Source: a virus
Lineage: Duplodnaviria > Caudoviricetes
Length of the DNA: 64,000 bases
Reading direction: 5' to 3' (one strand)
Virus record (IMG/VR): IMGVR_UViG_3300017911_001818
Location: 1 to 64,000 of that record
A program made the position numbers and the translations under genes. Position 1 is the first letter of the stretch. Every line of letters begins with the position of its first letter. Shown in pieces: positions 58,099 through 64,000 of the stretch. A model generated the notes under the pieces. The model saw nothing but the letters and a program-made list of their open reading frames with translations. It did no database searches and had not been told where the DNA came from.

Positions 58099-58967
58099 TG
58101 GATCATTTTAATTTAATTAAAATTATTGAAATTAATCCAACAGAGCTCTGTAATTTGCAGTGCTCTTTCTGCCCAAGAGCGCATGGATATCCTAATCAAA
58201 ACTTGCATATGTCGATTGATACCGCAAAAGAGATTATAAAGCAAATAGAAAATTGCAATTTTAAGGGAGATGTAGTATTCGCAGGAAGAGGAGAACCTAC
58301 TTTAACTAAAAATTTTGATAAAATTGTACAGCTGTTTCTTGAATGTGCAAATATTAAACAAGTCCGTATCACAACGAATGGCAAGAGATTACATTTACTT
58401 GAGAAATTTTTAGAACCATATGGGAATAAGTTTAGAGTAAAATATGATGTTTATACTACAGACGAAAAACAGCAAAGATTAGCCTTAATAAAATATAAAA
58501 ATTATAAGAACGTGTCTGTTGACATTAAAACAGATTTCGGATTAAACTATAATGAATACCCTACTGGTAAAACTTCTGAAAAAAATCCCAATGTCAAATC
58601 TAAATATGGAACAGGCAATATTGAGGGTATGACTAATCGTGCTGGGTTTCTCGGAGAAAGCTTCTACGATTTTACTGACAAAAGCTGTAGAAAATTAACT
58701 CATAATATGTATATTAACTGGAATGGTGATTATAATCTTTGTTGTGATGATTGGACTCCCTTAGTTTTAGGTAACATATATGAAGAGAGTATATCAGATT
58801 TTGCAAATCATAATGAGGCCATAGCTCATTACAGAAAAAAACTGGTCTGCGAAAACAGTCGAGAGGGATTACCTGCTTGCCAAACTTGTAATAGAAATGC
58901 TCCTCTGAATGCAGAGGTCAGAGTAGATGTTGAAAATTTAATAAAACTGGATGAGTTGATTCCATGA
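58098..58967 (+). CDS. Radical SAM/SPASM protein
   Basis: CNLQCSFC, GEP, TNG, LCCDD, CQTC. Confidence 0.88.
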   Translation: MDHFNLIKIIEINPTELCNLQCSFCPRAHGYPNQNLHMSIDTAKEIIKQIENCNFKGDVVFAGRGEPTLTKNFDKIVQLFLECANIKQVRITTNGKRLHLLEKFLEPYGNKFRVKYDVYTTDEKQQRLALIKYKNYKNVSVDIKTDFGLNYNEYPTGKTSEKNPNVKSKYGTGNIEGMTNRAGFLGESFYDFTDKSCRKLTHNMYINWNGDYNLCCDDWTPLVLGNIYEESISDFANHNEAIAHYRKKLVCENSREGLPACQTCNRNAPLNAEVRVDVENLIKLDELIP

Positions 58968-59191
58968 TTGCAAATAAAGTATTAACTAAAGAAAATTTTT
59001 GTGCCCTCGTAGAGGACTCTGTTCAGAAATGTAAACATCCATATATGGACGCTGTTTTACTAATTTGTGATGAGAATATGATTGATCCTGCTCAAGTATC
59101 GACGCTACTAAATATGAGCATCAAAGATAAGATAGAAGCAGAAGCTCGAGATTTAAATTATTTAGAAAAGGTTAATAAATTACCATTATGA
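58964..59191 (+). CDS. 33: Late transcription coactivator gp33
   Basis: YMDAVL..C....ID....KIEAEA..LNYL; upstream of gp32. Confidence 0.85.
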   Translation: MIANKVLTKENFCALVEDSVQKCKHPYMDAVLLICDENMIDPAQVSTLLNMSIKDKIEAEARDLNYLEKVNKLPL

Positions 59192-59529
59192 AAAAATTGA
59201 GGAATTTTATGTTACGTTTAATCGGAATTTACATCCCATTTATTCTAGTCTTTCTTGGAATCGCTGGATGCAGCTATATCTACAGAGATACAATTTTAGA
59301 TAGGTTCAAAAACGATGAGCCTGTAATTCAGGAACCAATCGAGGAATCTACAGAAGATGTGTCAACGGAACCAGAATTATCCACTGATGTTGCAGATGCT
59401 GAACAATCTGGAACCTTTGATGATGTCGTTACAGAAGAAACACCAGAGGAGGTATCAGATGAGCAACCAGAACTTTCCGGAATCGGAGAGTGTGAATGCA
59501 TCTGCCCCAAAGCAGATGGAACTCTTTGA
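59188..59529 (+). CDS. Membrane-anchored acidic protein
   Basis: N-terminal TM, acidic tail, CECIC. Confidence 0.6.
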   Translation: MKKLRNFMLRLIGIYIPFILVFLGIAGCSYIYRDTILDRFKNDEPVIQEPIEESTEDVSTEPELSTDVADAEQSGTFDDVVTEETPEEVSDEQPELSGIGECECICPKADGTL

Positions 59530-59658
59530 AGAATATGAATTAATTGAGCAAGATGGTTTTATTACAACATATCCTGATTTAAAAACACTGCTCACTAAAA
59601 AAGAATCTCCAGAATCTATGGAGGTAGAAGAAGGCTCAATCACCTTTGAAAAAAATGA

Positions 59659-59687
59659 TTGACATTCAATAAAACATATAGTATATT
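59659..59687 (+). promoter_or_regulatory. Sigma70-like promoter upstream of gene 32
   Basis: TTGACA-N17-TATATT. Confidence 0.65.
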
Positions 59688-59724
59688 AATATACCATACA
59701 CTGTAATATAAGGAAAATACAATT

Positions 59725-60630
59725 ATGTCACTTTCGAATCTCAAACGCTCTCGTGGTTCATCTATTGATAAGCTGGTTTCTGCGGCTGCAAAGCTGGATG
59801 AAAATGCTTCTTCAAATAATAACGGTCCGGATGAACGTATTTGGAAACCAACGGTAGATAAAGCAGGGAATGGCTATGCTGTCATTCGTTTTCTGCCAGC
59901 TCCTGAAGGTGAAGAGTTGCCATGGGTGCGTTACTGGGACCACGGTTTTAAAGGTGAAACCACTGGTATGTGGTACATTGAGAAATCGTTGACTTCTATC
60001 GGTCAAAAGGATCCTGTCAGTGAGGTAAACTCACGCCTCTGGAACTCTGGCGTTGACGCAGATAAAGAAACTGCTCGTCGTCAGAAGCGTCGGTTGCACT
60101 ATGTATCGAATATTTATGTAGTGTCCGATCCGGAGAACCCTCAGAACGAGGGCAAGGTATTCTTGTATGTTTACGGCAAGAAGATCTTTGATAAACTGAT
60201 GGACTCTATGCAGCCACAGTTCCAAGATGAAGACCCTGTTAATCCTTTTGACCTTTGGGAAGGTGCGGACTTTAAACTCAAGATTCGTCAAGTTGAAGGC
60301 TACCGCAACTATGATCGAGCCGAGTTTGCTAAACCTGCCGCTCTAGCGGATGACGAGCAACTTGAAGAGGTTTATGCAAAAGCATATCCTCTAAATGAGT
60401 TTACTGATCCTGCTAACTATAAGTCTTATGAAGAGCTCAAAGCTCGCCTTGATGCGGTTCTGGGTGTTGGGGGCGACTTTACCCCTCAGCAGCAAGAAGA
60501 CCTGTCAGTGACTGCTGAGAGCGCTCCAATGAAGACTGTAGAACCTTCCGAACCATCTAGTGTAAGTAGCGATGATGACGAGGATGATGACACTATGTCA
60601 TATTTCTCTAAACTAGCTGCTGAAGACTAG
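59725..60630 (+). CDS. 32: Single-stranded DNA-binding protein gp32
   Basis: DKAGNGYAVIRFLP, YGKKIFDK, GADFKLKI, acidic tail. Confidence 0.95.
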   Translation: MSLSNLKRSRGSSIDKLVSAAAKLDENASSNNNGPDERIWKPTVDKAGNGYAVIRFLPAPEGEELPWVRYWDHGFKGETTGMWYIEKSLTSIGQKDPVSEVNSRLWNSGVDADKETARRQKRRLHYVSNIYVVSDPENPQNEGKVFLYVYGKKIFDKLMDSMQPQFQDEDPVNPFDLWEGADFKLKIRQVEGYRNYDRAEFAKPAALADDEQLEEVYAKAYPLNEFTDPANYKSYEELKARLDAVLGVGGDFTPQQQEDLSVTAESAPMKTVEPSEPSSVSSDDDEDDDTMSYFSKLAAED

Positions 60631-60638
60631 ATGATAAG

Positions 60639-60678
60639 ATGGCTCCCAGTGTTCCTTTCCGCTGGGAGCCATTTTTTT
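60639..60678. terminator. Intrinsic terminator between convergent genes
   Basis: ATGGCTCCCAG-loop-CTGGGAGCCAT followed by T-run. Confidence 0.75.
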
Positions 60679-62309
60679 TAATCAGAGAGGGTAACTCTTT
60701 CTGTGCTTTCAGACAGAGGAATCGGATTTTGTAACTGATTCACAACAGATGTTTGTGATGGAGCTACGGTAGAGTTATCTACTACGATATTAGTTCCGGC
60801 AACGCCTGCACCGCCAACATCAGCTAAATTCTGTCTGCTTAATTCAAGGAGCCTAGCATCCAATCTAGCATTTCGCTCTGCGATTCTTCTGGCTGCTCCT
60901 TCTCTCCCACCCACACCAACTTCTGATTCTTCAGCGATAACCAACTCTCTGCCACCAGAGAATGGTACTGGAATCGCAATGCGAGGAATCTGAATACGTA
61001 GATTATCGCTCAGGAATTTTAGAAGTTGATCTGGAACATTCTGAATTAAATTAACAATTTTTAACAAAGCAATTTCGGCATTAACTCTAAGTTGCCTAAC
61101 AAATTCATTCATTGCTAGACCAATTTTCTCAAAGGTTTCTGGAATAATACCTTTGATTAAATTTACAATCATTCCAACAGGAGACAGACTGAATACTGCA
61201 CCAAGTGCTTCTTTCGCTTTTTCTAATGAAAACTCTCCTTTGAAGATATCGCCAACAAACGACCCGACAGCCTTTACATCCTCAGAGATTCCTCCTATTA
61301 AATTCGAGAAAACGTCTCCAACAAAGCTACCGATCTTCTTTACGTTCTCAAAGATTCCTCCTATTAAATTCGAGAAAACATCTTGAAAAGAAAATGAATT
61401 TAAAGTTTCTTGCGCATTTTCAAAACCAAGTTTACCTAAAACGAAAGCTGCAGCTTGCTTGATTAAATCGAGTGGAGCAAAGATTAATGAATTAAAGAAA
61501 CCAGTTACAGCGCCTTCAATACCACCAATAATACCGTCCTCTTTAAAACCATCTACTGCACCTTTAACAGTATCCCATGCAGTAATAAAAATTGTCAGTG
61601 GTAAAAATAGTCTACTAAAAACTTTGACTATGCCTTTAAAAAAATTAAAGACTGGCCCAAGTTTAGTCATTAATGCAGCTACCTCACTCACACCAGCTGT
61701 TAATATTGCAACTACTGGACGTAATAAGCCAGCTATAAACCCGAAAGCGCTACCGATAATATTTAATGTTCCTCTAATGGTCTTGCGGAGATTATCGGCA
61801 GCATCAGTCAAAAATTTAATAGAGTCTTCAACAGCAGTTGCAATTCTTGTCAGCTTTGGATTGGTTCTAAAGTCTAAAATTAAATTAGCAATACGTGTAA
61901 TAATTTGATTATCAACAAAAGTACGCAATGCAATCAAACTTTGATTTAAAGTAAAAAAGATCTTTTGCACATCATTAACAAATTTTAAAAGATTATCTTT
62001 TGCCTGATCAATAATTCCTCTTAACTGATCGTTTAAAGCTGCAACAGTCAGTAGCGACCCAGCAAGTAAAGCATCGCCTATGCCAAATGGGCTACTAATA
62101 TCTTGTGTCGGAGTTTTTTGTGACTGGGATCTAGCTCGCCCTTGAGCTTCTCTCGCAGCTTCCGCATCGTCTAACTTGGATCGTTTTTGAAAGTCGAGCA
62201 TATCTTGAAAACGGTCGACAAGAGAGCTAACAACATCAGTTGTTCTACCTTGTTCTTCGTTTAACCCTAAGAGAGTATTACGAACGTCTGTGAGTGTAGC
62301 TTCTGCCAT
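60678..62309 (-). CDS. Tape-measure/baseplate hub-like protein (gp29-like)
   Basis: Helical, hydrophobic middle, internal repeat; downstream of gp26/gp51. Confidence 0.6.
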   Translation of the reverse strand: MAEATLTDVRNTLLGLNEEQGRTTDVVSSLVDRFQDMLDFQKRSKLDDAEAAREAQGRARSQSQKTPTQDISSPFGIGDALLAGSLLTVAALNDQLRGIIDQAKDNLLKFVNDVQKIFFTLNQSLIALRTFVDNQIITRIANLILDFRTNPKLTRIATAVEDSIKFLTDAADNLRKTIRGTLNIIGSAFGFIAGLLRPVVAILTAGVSEVAALMTKLGPVFNFFKGIVKVFSRLFLPLTIFITAWDTVKGAVDGFKEDGIIGGIEGAVTGFFNSLIFAPLDLIKQAAAFVLGKLGFENAQETLNSFSFQDVFSNLIGGIFENVKKIGSFVGDVFSNLIGGISEDVKAVGSFVGDIFKGEFSLEKAKEALGAVFSLSPVGMIVNLIKGIIPETFEKIGLAMNEFVRQLRVNAEIALLKIVNLIQNVPDQLLKFLSDNLRIQIPRIAIPVPFSGGRELVIAEESEVGVGGREGAARRIAERNARLDARLLELSRQNLADVGGAGVAGTNIVVDNSTVAPSQTSVVNQLQNPIPLSESTERVTLSD

Positions 62310-62495
62310 TTATCCTGCTCTTTGTTTAATTCTTTCTGATTCTTCTTCAAGATGTGTAATTAACATGGCCAGATAAACCTCTCTCTCCCAAGGTATCATC
62401 ATTTCGATTTCATTTAATGAATAATGATGATGTTGCATCAACTGAAAATTTACCTGAAAATGATTATTCAGGTTGTCGTGAGAGAGGCATACTAA
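62310..62495 (-). CDS. gp51-like baseplate hub assembly ORF, probably reached by -1 frameshift (not in ORF track)
   Basis: LSHDNL..F..NF.LMQHH.YSL.EIE.M.PWERE; first ATG only at 62438. Confidence 0.75.
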   Translation of the reverse strand, partial: LVCLSHDNLNNHFQVNFQLMQHHHYSLNEIEMMIPWEREVYLAMLITHLEEESERIKQRAG

Positions 62496-63208
62496 AAAAA
62501 ATCAGCAGTTCCCTGTAACGTTAATGTGTTATCATGATCACAGTTACCACACTTAAAATCAACGTCATGTTTAAGACGTGGCATATTCTCAATAAAATCT
62601 CTAACTTTCATAAACTGATCAGTCGAGAATGATTCGATAAAAGCATTAACTTCTTCATCTGATTCATCAGCTAAAGAGAACCTTTCATCTTTCATCTGCA
62701 CAGCATCAATACACTGTGCAATCATATCAAATGCTTGATCAGTTTGATTACCGTTCTTATATTTATTCATCTTTGGCGCAATATCCTTAATTGTAGGATA
62801 TTTCATTTCAAGAGTAATATCGTTTGTAAGTTTTACTGTTTTTGCATTCGCACCTTTTGGTACTTTAATATTTACTTTTGAAATATCTACAGTAATCTCA
62901 TTCGGAGTATCACACTCTGTACACTTTACTTGAATCGTTGTGGTTTCACCAACAGACTTTGATCGAATCTGTGTGAAGAGATACTCAATGTCAAAGATTG
63001 GTAGGCTGCGTGCACTAATCGGCTCTTCAATACAAGCCTCTAATGTATCTGCGATCGCTTCGAGCGAAATCTGCTCGTCGCCTTGTTCCAGCGCAAGCAT
63101 TAATATTTTTTCTTCTTTAACGAGGTAAGGACGATATCTTACAGTCTCTCCAGTGGAGGGAATCTTAACAGAATATTTAATCGTCTCATTAAGTTTTGGT
63201 AAAGCCAT
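62492..63208 (-). CDS. gp26-like baseplate hub assembly protein
   Basis: MALPKL, RPYLVKEEKIL, FDIEYLF.QIR.KSVGE, two CxxC, ends ADFF. Confidence 0.85.
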   Translation of the reverse strand: MALPKLNETIKYSVKIPSTGETVRYRPYLVKEEKILMLALEQGDEQISLEAIADTLEACIEEPISARSLPIFDIEYLFTQIRSKSVGETTTIQVKCTECDTPNEITVDISKVNIKVPKGANAKTVKLTNDITLEMKYPTIKDIAPKMNKYKNGNQTDQAFDMIAQCIDAVQMKDERFSLADESDEEVNAFIESFSTDQFMKVRDFIENMPRLKHDVDFKCGNCDHDNTLTLQGTADFF

Positions 63209-63226
63209 AATATACTTTCTCCATTA

Positions 63227-63733
63227 TCAGGCTGGTTCCCATACAGTATATGAGAGTTGTACACTTAATTGTGTTAACTGGTTTTGTGCATCATCACCTA
63301 GTTCAATTGCTTGCATTGTTGTAGGAAATGCTCGAATTAATTTACAAGAATAGACAACAGAGTTATCTCCATGATTTAGCTGTTGAATAATAACGTCTCT
63401 TGCGTATTCACTTTTATACGCAACTTCATAAGTATCAAAGCCAATAATTTTTTGCTGCCAGTTTTCAAAATATGTTCTCATTGAGTAATCATGAGTAAGC
63501 AAGAATGTAAGGTTGACATCTTCAGACAAAAAGGCGTATGGCATTTTTTGTGTCATCATACCAATGGTTCTTTCATTGGTTACAATCTGACGACCCGGAA
63601 TATTAGTTGCACGGCACAATGCATCAACTGTACGGCCATCAACACCAAACTCTGCTGGAAGCAGAACCTTATATCGGTCAGCACGAGACACTCCTCTCGT
63701 AATCGTTCCTTTTAAATCTTCGATGCTTGCCAT
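63227..63733 (-). CDS. Tail-tube-fold protein (gp54/gp19-like)
   Basis: LC...IPG, PY, FENWQ, AFP; position in tail block. Confidence 0.7.
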   Translation of the reverse strand: MASIEDLKGTITRGVSRADRYKVLLPAEFGVDGRTVDALCRATNIPGRQIVTNERTIGMMTQKMPYAFLSEDVNLTFLLTHDYSMRTYFENWQQKIIGFDTYEVAYKSEYARDVIIQQLNHGDNSVVYSCKLIRAFPTTMQAIELGDDAQNQLTQLSVQLSYTVWEPA

Positions 63734-64000
63734 TACGCTCTCATTTTCCTTCTCGAGTCTCTGTAGACTGTTGACGAACTAGCCTTCTCAAAGTCAGCTG
63801 TTGGTAAGAACGTAGCAATCTCCCATTCTGGAGGTGCAACTAAAGCGAATCTTGAGCGTACATGTTTACTAAGATATCTCTTGAAACATGGACGGAATGC
63901 TCGAAGTTTGCTGGCTCTTTTCAACATATCATAAGAAACTCTAAATCGAGTACTGTCGTCATACTTTTCATTATTTAGTGTGTCAAGCAGAGCATCAAGA
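63733..64000 (-). CDS. 2: DNA end protector gp2, C-terminal part
   Basis: PCFKRYL..HV.S, EWEIA.FLP..F; runs off window. Confidence 0.8.
   Translation of the reverse strand, partial: LDALLDTLNNEKYDDSTRFRVSYDMLKRASKLRAFRPCFKRYLSKHVRSRFALVAPPEWEIATFLPTADFEKASSSTVYRDSRRKMRA

Noticed and set aside
57907-58967. RiPP precursor plus SPASM maturase
   Set aside because: Adjacency only; no leader/core pattern, RRE domain or transporter visible

Overview
A 64-kb segment of a large T4-like myovirus genome, probably marine. The host is inferred to be an alphaproteobacterium, from PstS and porin-like genes and two B12-dependent enzymes. T4 core genes are recognisable: uvsX, gp41 helicase, gp33, gp32, and a gp2/gp54/gp26/gp51/tape-measure block. 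Also present are thyX, class II nrdJ, phoH, guaC, three tRNAs, T4 late promoters (TATAAATA) and sigma70-like early promoters. Accessory regions: (i) a late minus-strand operon of exported proteins including pilin-like and chaperone-like members (2.9-7.2 kb); (ii) a late cluster whose proteins share an N-terminal peptide resembling the T4 capsid-targeting sequence, including a ligase-like protein, a PD-(D/E)XK nuclease and an HxGH nucleotidyltransferase with an in-frame TAA (12.8-19.2 kb); (iii) a ~16-kb glycosylation island (31-46.7 kb); (iv) early-gene cassettes headed by a conserved 18-bp motif plus promoter; (v) a Pro/Gln/Gly-repeat protein flanked by glycosyltransferase and 2OG-Fe(II) oxygenase genes (51-56 kb). 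A likely -1 frameshift joins gp26-like and gp51-like ORFs ahead of the tape-measure gene. All calls come from motif recognition by eye; no searches were run.
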